In this document: in pieces, positions 9,071 to 17,759 of the stretch
Numbering within the stretch: position 1 is the stretch's first letter
Layout of the letters: each line of letters opens with the position of its first letter
Origin: a virus
Taxonomy: Duplodnaviria; Heunggongvirae; Uroviricota; Caudoviricetes
Length of the DNA: 64,000 nt
Direction: 5' to 3' (one strand)
IMG/VR virus record: IMGVR_UViG_3300047445_000122
The notes under the pieces: generated by a model
What the model was told of the DNA's origin: nothing
What the model saw: the letters and a program-made list of their open reading frames with translations, nothing else
Database searches by the model: none
Position numbers and translations under genes: made by a program

Positions 9071-9145
9071 GTAGTTATTCCTTTCAGTGGATAATACAGG
9101 GAATTATAGCGTCAAGTGGGTTCAACCAAGAACCCACTTACTTGA

Positions 9146-12058
9146 TCAAGGCATCAAGATTGACTTGGCTTTCTCAAGCGCCGCTTCAAACTCCAGGGTG
9201 TCCCGGTCAAAGAAGCTGCCAAACAACACGGCCTTGTACTGTTCCTTGATGTATTGCTCACGGAACTTCTTGAAGTTGCCCTTGGCATGCTCATACAACT
9301 CATTGTGGTAGAAGCGGCCTGGTTTGGATGGCTCGAAGCCGGGAGCGAAGGTGGTGCGCTTCGCAAAGTCCATCGCCAGACGACTTGCCTCAACCAGAGA
9401 CAGCTTCACGCCGTAGTGTTGGGCGTATCGATAGCCGAAGGCGATCACAGGCGGAATGTCATATTGATCGTGATGATACAGAGCACCGCCATTCTTCAGC
9501 GAGTACAATGCCATCTTCAAGTGCTTGTTGATCCGGGACGGCGGGAGGTTCGTGGACTCCTGGAAATTCAGGAACTTGGACGACCACACTTTCGTGTAAT
9601 AATCCTTCTTCCGCAGGGCGATGTCTGTACCTGGGCTGTCCTTGTAGGCATTGGCCAAAGTGAACGCCTTGTAACGGCGCTGGAATTGACGGGAGCCCAC
9701 TTGGTTGTAACCAACGCTGTCAAGGAAGTCGGACAGAGGTGTGATATTCAACTCATCCTTGTACTTGTCAACGTTCTTGAAGTTCATCGGAGTGATGCGG
9801 TACAGGTTGAAGTTCTCTTCAGCCAGGGAGGCCACTGTGACCAACAATCCCATGTTCAGGCTCATTGGGAACTCGCGTGTCAACTCCATGTCCAGGTAGG
9901 ACTTCTCAGACTTGCCGTCATTGTACAACAAGAAGCCTGGTTCAACCTTGTCTGTCGAAGCCGGGATGGCTGAGAAGGAACTGCGCTGGTTGTTATTGAG
10001 ATTGGCCGGGGATTGCATACCATACTTCATGGAGCGTTTCTCAATCTCCAGGATGCGCATACCGCGCACAGAGACCTTCAGAGGATCGCGCTCAGCCTTC
10101 GGTACAGTCACAGTGCTCAGGCGGATGATCTTGGGTTTGTACTCCAGGCTCTGGCTCCAAGCCTCATAGAAGGCAAAGCCGTCTTCAGTGTCGGAACGCA
10201 CCAAAACCACACGGCAACGCAGCTCCCATGGATTGAGGGTCAAGCGGTCTTGAACATCAGCAATACCGCGTTGCTCACCCAGGGTGTTGCGCATGATCCA
10301 AGTGATGCGCCTTGACATCTCATTGTCGGTATCAACATACACAACAATGTCGTTGTGGCGGAAGTGTTGGTCATTCACCGGAACTTGAGACAGGTCGGTG
10401 TAGCTACCGTAACTTGGGCTGACAGTGCCATGGCTTGGAACCACAGAGTGGGTCGCCCGGAGGACAGGCAGGTATTGCTTGACATTGCGCTTGAAGAGAA
10501 CGCGCTGGGCAGTCATGTAGCCGCCCTGTTCCCAGTCACGAACTTGTTCAGGTTCCCCAGACAAGGCAGCGAAGTCAGGTTCCCAACCAGCAGCCACCAT
10601 AGCACCAATTTGGTCATTGCCACGAGCAGTGTACTCGATAGAGCGGTTGGTGGTGACGACTTGAGTGATGCCGTTGACAACCACATCCATGGTATCGGTC
10701 TCAACTGAAACATCAACAGCCACGTGTTTGGTTTCCTCAACCTCACGCTCCATGTGAGGGAATGTGATCTTGACGTCCTGGGTGAGGCGGCGCGGCTGGG
10801 ATGCGTTCAACTGCAGCTTGCCGTTGACTGGCAAGCCCTTGGAGTTGATCACAGGCGGGAGGTTGCAACCCATGTCCATTTCCCACTCGACCTCCTTCAT
10901 GGCAAAGATCATCTCACTGTTCACGCCATGGTTGGTCCAATCGCAGTAGTTCAACACACGTAACAGACTGGCGGACAGAGTCTGGATGCTGGTGTCGTCA
11001 GTGACCGCTCGAACGTGGTTCTGTAAGGTTGGGATGAACTCCTCAACCAACTTCTCCAGGCGCAGGAGGATGTTGTAACAAGTCTGAGCGTCATACTCCA
11101 GCGCTTCCCGGCTCGGCGGAATCTCAAGGTCACCGATCCCGAAGAACAGAGCAAACACTGAGTCCTTGGCGGATGGGGAGAACTTCTCAACTTGGCGGAT
11201 GACCTCACCAATGCGACCGGACAGACCTTCCACATACACGCCGCTTTCCTTCAGGGTGTTGATGTAGTCATCTTCCAAGTCGATGTTGATCAACTGGTTC
11301 ATGTCCAGAGGGTAGGACACGCCGCCCATGTTGGCCAGGAATTGACCATAATAGCGAGACAGACCCTGGGAGTGTACATACTTCCAGTCGGTGCCTTCAA
11401 ACTTGATGTCGCCGTAGTTCTCCCAGATGTCAGCGGAGTTTTGACCCACAACGATTGGGCGCGGCTCGAAGAAGAACAGCTGCGCCGCGACAGAGCGCGC
11501 ATAGGTCTCGTAACGCCCAACGCTGGACGGAACCTTGTACGTGATGCCGTTTGGCTCCTCCGTTGGCTTAGAGCCAATGTGAACCAGCTTCGGGATGCTA
11601 CCCTTGGCACGGAAGAATGAGAAGCTGTGTAGCTGGCCCTCGAACCGGCTCTCAATGATGTAGGAGTCAGTGACGGCGAACGGCGACTTGGAACCCAGAC
11701 CATAGGCACCAATGGACATGTTCTCGTTCTCTTTCGTGGACTCAAACAGGTTGCCCAGATAGCGCTTGACGTTCTCGATGGACAGGCCGGTGCCGTTGTC
11801 GCTGATGATCAGCTCGTGAGTCATGTGGCTCGGCAGATGGATGTGCCATTGACCAGGGGCCGTACCAGTGAGGCGTGCGAGGTCATGCATTGCGTCGCGG
11901 GCATTCGCGCCTAGCTCACGCACCACCGCATCTTCCTTCTTGGTATACAGTTTGTCAATCATCAGGGAGAACGACTTGCCGTTCATCTTGGCGCCCATGT
12001 CACTGACGCCCCCGATGTTGCTAACTGTTACGACTGATTCTTGTTCATGTGTGATCAT
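9146..12058 (-). CDS. large GHKL/Bergerat-fold ATPase-domain protein (970 aa), function unknown
   Basis: N-terminal N-box ELGANARDAMHD, G1 box ISDNGTGL and G2 box GAYGLGSKSPFAV (Hsp90/GyrB/MutL-like). No toprim or topoisomerase active-site motifs were found in the remaining 800 aa. Confidence 0.5.
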   Translation of the reverse strand: MITHEQESVVTVSNIGGVSDMGAKMNGKSFSLMIDKLYTKKEDAVVRELGANARDAMHDLARLTGTAPGQWHIHLPSHMTHELIISDNGTGLSIENVKRYLGNLFESTKENENMSIGAYGLGSKSPFAVTDSYIIESRFEGQLHSFSFFRAKGSIPKLVHIGSKPTEEPNGITYKVPSSVGRYETYARSVAAQLFFFEPRPIVVGQNSADIWENYGDIKFEGTDWKYVHSQGLSRYYGQFLANMGGVSYPLDMNQLINIDLEDDYINTLKESGVYVEGLSGRIGEVIRQVEKFSPSAKDSVFALFFGIGDLEIPPSREALEYDAQTCYNILLRLEKLVEEFIPTLQNHVRAVTDDTSIQTLSASLLRVLNYCDWTNHGVNSEMIFAMKEVEWEMDMGCNLPPVINSKGLPVNGKLQLNASQPRRLTQDVKITFPHMEREVEETKHVAVDVSVETDTMDVVVNGITQVVTTNRSIEYTARGNDQIGAMVAAGWEPDFAALSGEPEQVRDWEQGGYMTAQRVLFKRNVKQYLPVLRATHSVVPSHGTVSPSYGSYTDLSQVPVNDQHFRHNDIVVYVDTDNEMSRRITWIMRNTLGEQRGIADVQDRLTLNPWELRCRVVLVRSDTEDGFAFYEAWSQSLEYKPKIIRLSTVTVPKAERDPLKVSVRGMRILEIEKRSMKYGMQSPANLNNNQRSSFSAIPASTDKVEPGFLLYNDGKSEKSYLDMELTREFPMSLNMGLLVTVASLAEENFNLYRITPMNFKNVDKYKDELNITPLSDFLDSVGYNQVGSRQFQRRYKAFTLANAYKDSPGTDIALRKKDYYTKVWSSKFLNFQESTNLPPSRINKHLKMALYSLKNGGALYHHDQYDIPPVIAFGYRYAQHYGVKLSLVEASRLAMDFAKRTTFAPGFEPSKPGRFYHNELYEHAKGNFKKFREQYIKEQYKAVLFGSFFDRDTLEFEAALEKAKSILMP

Positions 12059-12074
12059 TCTTGATTATTGTTCC

Positions 12075-12353
12075 TTATTGGTTAATGACCAGGATCGCCA
12101 GATTGACGCAGCCCGGATACTTCAACTCAGATTGTTTGGTGGGATGGTAGATCCAATTATCCACCCGCCCTTCAGTTTTCTCTACCTGGGACAGCTCGAA
12201 GGTCACACAAGCCCCGGTAAGCTGCGAGGTGAGGCTAATTTTGGTGTCCTGCGGGTCTTCCTTCGTGAAGTCGGTCATCTCAGACGCCTCAACAACATAA
12301 CGGCCAGTGGTCTTGCTAAAGTGAAACAGTTCGGAGGCAAAGATGAGATTCAT
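12075..12353 (-). CDS. hypothetical protein (92 aa)
   Basis: Complete ORF. Minus-strand -10 TATAAT at 12394..12399 upstream. Confidence 0.4.
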   Translation of the reverse strand: MNLIFASELFHFSKTTGRYVVEASEMTDFTKEDPQDTKISLTSQLTGACVTFELSQVEKTEGRVDNWIYHPTKQSELKYPGCVNLAILVINQ

Positions 12354-12429
12354 GAGACCAGTATTCCCTAAGTGGTGCGGTTACGATAGGGAAATTATAC
12401 CGGCCAGAGGAGGCGTTGAGTTAGCCATT

Positions 12430-12580
12430 GATATTGGGTCGCCACACAGTGGGTCAACCCAATCAATATTCCAACCGTAAGTGCTTGATTCTACAGGTTG
12501 AGAAAATTGACTTTATTGGAATTGCTGTTGTGAATTCCGAGACAAGAAAAAGCCCCTGGTGGGAACCAGGGGCATGTTGT
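12430..12580. repeat. intergenic repeat element, copy B
   Basis: CCGTAAGTGCTTGATTCTACAGG ... TTGACTT ... GGAATT-GCTGTTGTG-AATTCC hairpin ... AAAAAGCCCCTGG..CCAGGGGC terminator ... ATGTTGTTA. Confidence 0.65.
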
Positions 12581-12858
12581 TACTTGAGAATCGCCAGACA
12601 GCTTTCTCGGTCTTTGTTCAGAGAGTCAGTCCACTGAACCACTGCCATGTCGCGGATCGAAGTGACCAGGGCTTCGACATCCCAATTGGTCAGATCGGCT
12701 TCGATGAACATGACCTTGCCATCATCCAGACGCCAGTTACACACCAGGTCAACCTTCAGTGTCTTCGGGCCGTTGTCTACATCGACACGCATCCAAGACA
12801 CGAACCAACCGGCGTTGATGGTGGCCAGGAGCTCATCAACAGTATACAGACGGCGCAT
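12580..12858 (-). CDS. hypothetical protein (92 aa)
   Basis: Complete ORF with an ATGA overlap to the TAXI gene. Followed by repeat-element copy B with its terminator. Confidence 0.4.
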   Translation of the reverse strand: MRRLYTVDELLATINAGWFVSWMRVDVDNGPKTLKVDLVCNWRLDDGKVMFIEADLTNWDVEALVTSIRDMAVVQWTDSLNKDRESCLAILK

Positions 12859-13841
12859 TACTTCTTGGCCTTAGCTGCTGGGCCGTTGAAGCGCGGCAGA
12901 TCGGATACCGTGGCGTCAACGTTCTTGATCTCATTCCAGCCCGGTTCATAGCGGCCTTCCTTCAGTTCCTCCAGGTTGGAGGCGATGAGTTGCTTCAGGC
13001 GGGCAACTTCTTGAGCCTTCTGGCCAGTGAACGGGCGGGTTACCAGGACGTTTTGGATGGCCAGGGCTGGGATGTTGTAGGCGCCAATGTTCTTGTAGTT
13101 GAACGGCTTGACGTTGTATGGACTACCAATCGGAGCATCGAACGGGATCAGGGTCAGACCGCTGTTCGCATCCAGAGCCTTGATCGAGGCAACCGGCCAA
13201 CCGGCGACAGTGAAGGCAGCTGCGACTTTGCCGGTGCGCACCAGTTCAAATGCAGCTTCATCAGTCTTCACCGAAGTGAAGCGCATGCCGTAGCCCAGTT
13301 GCTTGTTCAGAACAGCGCCCAGGAGCTCAGCACTGCCCACGGCGGCGACGTTCTGGCCGCGCAGGGAGCTGAAGGAGGTCATGCGGACGTTCTTCAGGTC
13401 GCCGTCCATGAAGCCATACTTCTTCTCGCCACGAACGTTGTAGCCGTTGGCCAGGGCCACAATGTGCAGGTAGTTGTTGTTCAGCGGCATGACCACTTGC
13501 AGGGAGGCGATGTTGTCGTCACCTTGACCCATGGTCTTCAGGGTATCGACTTGAGCCAGGCCCAGATCAGCTTGCTTCTCGCTCAGATCAGTCAGGTTGT
13601 CAAGACCGCCCTTGGTGGTCTTTTCGCAGATCGCCATGTTGTTGCCGACAACCTTCTTGATGTCGCGGTACATGGCTGCGTAGCCTTTGTTGGAAGCGCC
13701 GGTGGCGATGGTCAGACCGTCGCAATCAGCTGCTGGAGCGCCGTCCATCTTGGCTGCGTGAGCCGGGAGGGACATAGTTACAGCAGCCAAGATGCCGAGA
13801 GCGCTGATGCTGGACAGGGCGATGAGTTTGGACAGTTTCAC
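12858..13841 (-). CDS. TAXI-family TRAP-transporter periplasmic solute-binding protein (secreted)
   Basis: Signal peptide MKLSKLIALSSISALGILAAVTMSLPAHA. Segments GLTIATGASNKGYAAMY, KGGLDNLTDLSEKQADLGLAQVD, YLHIVALANGY and GKVAAAFTVAGWP align to the TAXI consensus remembered from bacterial proteins. Likely GTG start with AAGGAG SD. Confidence 0.7.
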   Translation of the reverse strand: MKLSKLIALSSISALGILAAVTMSLPAHAAKMDGAPAADCDGLTIATGASNKGYAAMYRDIKKVVGNNMAICEKTTKGGLDNLTDLSEKQADLGLAQVDTLKTMGQGDDNIASLQVVMPLNNNYLHIVALANGYNVRGEKKYGFMDGDLKNVRMTSFSSLRGQNVAAVGSAELLGAVLNKQLGYGMRFTSVKTDEAAFELVRTGKVAAAFTVAGWPVASIKALDANSGLTLIPFDAPIGSPYNVKPFNYKNIGAYNIPALAIQNVLVTRPFTGQKAQEVARLKQLIASNLEELKEGRYEPGWNEIKNVDATVSDLPRFNGPAAKAKK

Positions 13842-13853
13842 GGTATAGCTCCT

Positions 13854-14002
13854 TACAGGTTGAAGTTGGTTGCAGGCGGATGATCCTGCGGAGTTGTTAC
13901 AACAGGGGTCTCGCCTTCCGGCGTTGCTGGCTTGGAGGTGAACACATAGAGCGCACCCAGGACAGCCAGCATCAACACGATACCAATGACGGTGAGTTTC
14001 AT
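13854..14002 (-). CDS. small single-pass membrane protein (49 aa), not in the ORF track
   Basis: ATG 14002 with AAGGA 7 nt upstream. Sequence MKLTVIGIVLMLAVLGALYVFTSK followed by a Pro/Thr-rich tail. Sits 12 nt upstream of the TAXI gene. Confidence 0.35.
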
Positions 14003-14011
14003 GATGATTCC

Positions 14012-14782
14012 TTATGCGACAGAGAGGGCCGGAGCCTTCAGCTTGTTGATGTCCAGGATGCTACCCAGGACAGGGGCGCCAGCAGCGTCATATTGGACTT
14101 GACGGGTCTGCTCGGTCTGGGTGATGTTCTTCTTCACGAAGTCATCATCCACCAGTGCCATACGCAGGTTGGCCAGGGCTGTGGAGTTGGCCTTGTCGAT
14201 AGCATCGAAGGCTGTTTTCTCACGGTAGATCGCCATGAAGTCCTTGCCCTTGTTGAACGACTTGCCCAGTTCAGCATCAGCCACAGCCATCTCATAGATC
14301 GCTTCTGCCTTCTCCACGACGGCCATGAAGTTCTGGGTTTCCGCCTTGGCTTGCTTGAACATGTCGGTACGATACACAAACAACTGTTCATAACCAGCCA
14401 GCTGTTCGTTGATCTCAGCGCTGTCTTCAGGGTAGCGCTTGTTGAAGTTCATGGCCTTGCGCTTGAACTCTGCCAGAGCTGCAGCTTGCTGGTGCAGGAT
14501 ATCGCGCTGCTCAGCCAGATCGTCTGAACGCTCCTTCGCACGTTGGTGAAGGGTCTCGACCGGGGCGCGGCTGATCACAACCTTCATGGCCTGGAACTTC
14601 AGCTGCGCCATCTTCTCGGTGAAGGCTGGCGTCAGTGCCATCACCAGACCGCCAATCACAGCCGCCGCAACCAGACCCACGAGACCGGTGATGGCCAGGA
14701 AGATGATTGGCGCTACGAACAGACCCGCAGCTAGCATCACGCCAACGCCCAGGTACTTCTTGAACTTCTCACGTTTGTCCAC
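14012..14782 (-). CDS. membrane-anchored coiled-coil protein (2 N-terminal TM helices; PspA/TelA-like?)
   Basis: Hydrophobic stretch at residues 10..55, then a long predicted coiled coil. The conserved promoter lies upstream (14822..14873). Confidence 0.45.
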   Translation of the reverse strand: MDKREKFKKYLGVGVMLAAGLFVAPIIFLAITGLVGLVAAAVIGGLVMALTPAFTEKMAQLKFQAMKVVISRAPVETLHQRAKERSDDLAEQRDILHQQAAALAEFKRKAMNFNKRYPEDSAEINEQLAGYEQLFVYRTDMFKQAKAETQNFMAVVEKAEAIYEMAVADAELGKSFNKGKDFMAIYREKTAFDAIDKANSTALANLRMALVDDDFVKKNITQTEQTRQVQYDAAGAPVLGSILDINKLKAPALSVA

Positions 14783-14821
14783 TTACCGCTCCTTTGTTTG
14801 ATTGGATGTAACTGGAGAGCT

Positions 14822-14873
14822 ATTATAGACCAGTTGATTTCGCAAAGTAAAGTGATATTGAGAAAATAAAAAT
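14822..14873 (-). promoter_or_regulatory. conserved phage promoter
   Basis: Minus strand reads TTTTTATTTTC..TCACTTTACTTT..CTGGTCTATAAT, 40 nt upstream of ATG 14782. Confidence 0.5.
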
Positions 14874-14899
14874 GCCCCGGATTTCTCCGGGGCTTTTCT
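14870..14899. terminator. rho-independent terminator
   Basis: AAAAATGCCCCGGA-tttc-TCCGGGGCTTTTCTT. Confidence 0.65.
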
Positions 14900-15072
14900 T
14901 AGCTGACTTTGATGCGGTAGTCGTTATCTGGCCATCCAGCCTGGTACCACTTCAAGCCGCGCTCCGCATCGGCCATTGTTGGGAATGACCACTCTGACTT
15001 GTCCCCGTTGAAGCGGGATGGATTCCGACAGATGACCTCTCCACCTTCCCTATTCAGGACGATCTGGATCAT
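14900..15072 (-). CDS. small hypothetical protein (57 aa), not in the ORF track
   Basis: ATG..TAA ORF located just before the terminator at 14874..14899. Weak. Confidence 0.25.
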
Positions 15073-15126
15073 GCGAACATCATGTGTTTGAAGGCTTGGC
15101 TTACGATGCGTGTTGCTGAGTCTGGC

Positions 15127-15321
15127 TCAGGTTCGCATAGTGCCCACTGCGCGAAGTCGGCAGGACATGTTGGGATTCAACAGACCCAATGCCTTGTCTG
15201 TGTACTGGCCACGCATCGACATACGCAGACACACCAGCTTCAGGAACTGGGGATTCACCAGCCGCTCCTCGGAGGTCATCGCCTTCAGATGGTCCTCCAA
15301 CATTACCAGAGGCGTCTTCAT
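15127..15321 (-). CDS. small hypothetical protein (64 aa)
   Basis: ATGA overlap with the upstream ORF 15321..15707 suggests a genuine coupled gene. Confidence 0.3.
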   Translation of the reverse strand: MKTPLVMLEDHLKAMTSEERLVNPQFLKLVCLRMSMRGQYTDKALGLLNPNMSCRLRAVGTMRT

Positions 15322-15707
15322 TAGGCTTGACCAGTGGCTTCATTGATCGCTGCCTGGATGACATCTTCTGGAGCATCCAGGACGACAGTGGCGCCGCCCA
15401 GAGCAACAGCCTTGTTGACGTTGGGGTTGTTGATCGCCACGTACAGGGCTTCCAGGTTCTCAACCTCATCGGTCAGCTTCTGGACGCCGCCCTCGTTGAT
15501 CACATTAGCCAGCTTGCGCAGGGTGTTGTTCGGCAGCTTGGTGGCTTCCGCCAGTTCCTTGAAGATCGCAGTCTGGAGGTCGCGCTCAGCGGCGGCGCGC
15601 ACTTTCGATTCCTCCACCTTGTTCAGGTCGGTACGGATGCGAGCCAACAGCAGTGGGTCTTTTGGGATGTCGAATGCTTGGGTTTCTTCTGCGGTTACGA
15701 TGGTCAT
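15321..15707 (-). CDS. hypothetical protein (128 aa)
   Basis: Complete ORF directly downstream of the helicase gene. Confidence 0.45.
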   Translation of the reverse strand: MTIVTAEETQAFDIPKDPLLLARIRTDLNKVEESKVRAAAERDLQTAIFKELAEATKLPNNTLRKLANVINEGGVQKLTDEVENLEALYVAINNPNVNKAVALGGATVVLDAPEDVIQAAINEATGQA

Positions 15708-15722
15708 GTGGTTTCCTTTCTG

Positions 15723-17111
15723 TTAGGTCGATGCGAATGTCCAATCTGCGGCCTTCTTCGAGACCGGAGTTGGTGTTTGTACGGAGGCGTGGGCTGCGTA
15801 TTCGGAGTCATCCATCACAGCCCGTTGATCGTCATCGCTGACGTCATAATACTTTTGCTTGTCATTGTTAAGTCCTATCATGAACTTACCAATGGTCTGC
15901 TTGTTAGCAAACCTGTTCTTGAGAACCTTGCCGAGCGCCTTACCCAGCTTTGCGATATCATCAGGAGCCATGAAGGCCACCATGAAGTCTGCTACAGCCG
16001 CGATACCAATGGCCGCACCGATGTCGGACATGGACACGTTATCACTGTCTTGACCAGTCCTGTTGAACTGAGCAGCAGTCCATCCGATCACATCAAACTC
16101 GATCATCAGGCCGCGCAATTCTTCAGCGACAGAGGTGAAGTAGGTGTTGGTGTTGGATTTAGCGGAGGAAGGCAGGAGGGAGGACAACATCAGGGTCAGG
16201 TAATCGACAATGATGACGTCGATCTTGATGTTTTCCTTGGTCTTGATCTCATTCAGCGCATGGCGGAAGTGACCAACGTGAACGGAGGAGGAGGGGAACT
16301 CACGGATGATGAACTCACCCTTGGTCTTGTCGCGCAGCTTCTTGACTCGGTTGAGGTATGGAACCTTCTCCATCGCCCGGAGCTCATCAAACGTCAAATC
16401 ATTGAAGCAGACGTCAGAGCGCTCACGGATCACTTCCTCAGCCACCTCTAGCGTGAAATACGCCACGTTCAGGCCTTGTTCCAGGTAGTTCTCTGCCATG
16501 TTGATGAGCCATGTGGTTTTACCCACGTTAATACCGGCTTGAACGATGGACAGCGTCTTCCTGGTGCAACCGCCCTTTGTCACTCGATTCATGATGTCCA
16601 GGTTGAAGGGCACCTTGTTGAGTACGTTGTGGTAGTATTCCCACTGCAGTTCCGCGTCACGGAAGTAGTTGTGACCAACCCGGCTATCGAAGCAGACTCC
16701 CAGGGCGTCCTGGAGAATCTTTGGGATGGCGTGTTTATCATGCTTCTTGTCGTTCCCTTCGAGGATCGAAATGGATTGCATGATGCTGTTGTAAATTGCT
16801 CTTTCTTGACACCACTTCTCGGTCGTGTCCAACAACCATTGATCATCAGAAGGCTCATGAATAGCGAACTGGATGATCTGGGAGGCTTCCTTGTGGATGC
16901 CATCGCCCATTTGCTTCTCGTTCAGTTCGATCAACAGGGCTTCTTTGGGGGGGATGGTGTTGTACTTGCCGACGAATGCTTTGACCAGCTTGAAGACTTC
17001 TTGGTATGCACCAGATGAGAAATACTCATTGGTGATGAATGGGAGGACTTTTCGGGTGTAACGCTCGTTGTGGATCAAGTTGTTAATGACTGTTTGTTCG
17101 AGGTCGGCCAT
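15723..17111 (-). CDS. replicative DNA helicase (DnaB family; T4 gp41-like)
   Basis: Walker A motif GINVGKTTWLINMA, plus the RecA-like core and an arginine finger region. AAGGAG SD before ATG 17111. Gene order helicase then UvsX matches T4. Confidence 0.8.
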   Translation of the reverse strand: MADLEQTVINNLIHNERYTRKVLPFITNEYFSSGAYQEVFKLVKAFVGKYNTIPPKEALLIELNEKQMGDGIHKEASQIIQFAIHEPSDDQWLLDTTEKWCQERAIYNSIMQSISILEGNDKKHDKHAIPKILQDALGVCFDSRVGHNYFRDAELQWEYYHNVLNKVPFNLDIMNRVTKGGCTRKTLSIVQAGINVGKTTWLINMAENYLEQGLNVAYFTLEVAEEVIRERSDVCFNDLTFDELRAMEKVPYLNRVKKLRDKTKGEFIIREFPSSSVHVGHFRHALNEIKTKENIKIDVIIVDYLTLMLSSLLPSSAKSNTNTYFTSVAEELRGLMIEFDVIGWTAAQFNRTGQDSDNVSMSDIGAAIGIAAVADFMVAFMAPDDIAKLGKALGKVLKNRFANKQTIGKFMIGLNNDKQKYYDVSDDDQRAVMDDSEYAAHASVQTPTPVSKKAADWTFAST

Positions 17112-17150
17112 GTAACTCCTTGTTGTTGCTAGGCGGTTATTATACCCTGT

Positions 17151-17438
17151 TTAGGTACCAGAAGGGGACAGGCAGAATGTATTGACAAGGAGTTCATCAA
17201 GGATCGTATTGATCAGCTCCTTGAAGTTGCGGTCGTTGTCCAGGTCCAGGTTGTTCGGGTTCTTCAACACCTCAAACATGTAACGCACAACTGGTTCCCC
17301 ACGGACAGTCTCGAATTTGAGATTGCCATAGGCGTACACAACGCCTTCATACGGGGTCTTCATCAGCTCAACATGAGACTGGTTGGTAGGACCAGTGTCG
17401 ATCAACTTGTAGTGCTCGGTCAACTTCTCTTGGGTCAT
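17151..17438 (-). CDS. hypothetical protein (about 95 aa)
   Basis: Start reassigned to ATG 17438 (MTQEKL), which has an AAGGAG SD. Confidence 0.4.
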   Translation of the reverse strand: MTQEKLTEHYKLIDTGPTNQSHVELMKTPYEGVVYAYGNLKFETVRGEPVVRYMFEVLKNPNNLDLDNDRNFKELINTILDELLVNTFCLSPSGT

Positions 17439-17501
17439 GGGTTTCTCCTTGGTAATCTGAATCAAGCCACCTCCGGGGAGGAGGCTTTGTTCAAACAACT
17501 G

Positions 17502-17759
17502 TTAGGTTGTCTTGACTTGGTGTTGCAGTACGCCCATCGGGATAGCCTCACGACGCAGTTGCGCCTGGCTGTCGAAGAAGATGGTGTGTACGCTATCACC
17601 CACAACGTGATCGACGGTCATCAGAGGCCAGCAGTTGCCCTTCAGATGGACTACATCGCCAGTCTTGTACTCCGGGGTTGGGATGATCCGGCGTTCCCCG
17701 ATAGGGCCGTAGCCCGTATCAACTTGTTTGTCCCATGCTTTATCAGCAGAGCTACCCAT
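17502..17759 (-). CDS. small protein, DUF2158-like (85 aa)
   Basis: KTGDVVHLKGNCWPLMTV resembles the DUF2158 KxGDxVxLKSGGPxMTV motif. Confidence 0.35.
   Translation of the reverse strand: MGSSADKAWDKQVDTGYGPIGERRIIPTPEYKTGDVVHLKGNCWPLMTVDHVVGDSVHTIFFDSQAQLRREAIPMGVLQHQVKTT

Noticed and set aside
7880-9094. 404-aa plus-strand ORF
   Set aside because: Antisense to the ACP-fusion gene. No start context. Shadow ORF.
9146-12058. Calling the 970-aa GHKL protein a topoisomerase II (gp39/gp52 fusion)
   Set aside because: No toprim (EGDSA, DxDG) or active-site Tyr region could be found by eye. Kept as a generic GHKL ATPase.
12990-13883. 297-aa plus-strand ORF
   Set aside because: Antisense to the TAXI SBP gene.
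15189-16451. 420-aa plus-strand ORF
   Set aside because: It lies antisense to the well-supported helicase gene 15723..17111, has a low-complexity Gly/Val/Leu-rich translation and no SD. It is a typical shadow ORF in GC-rich DNA.
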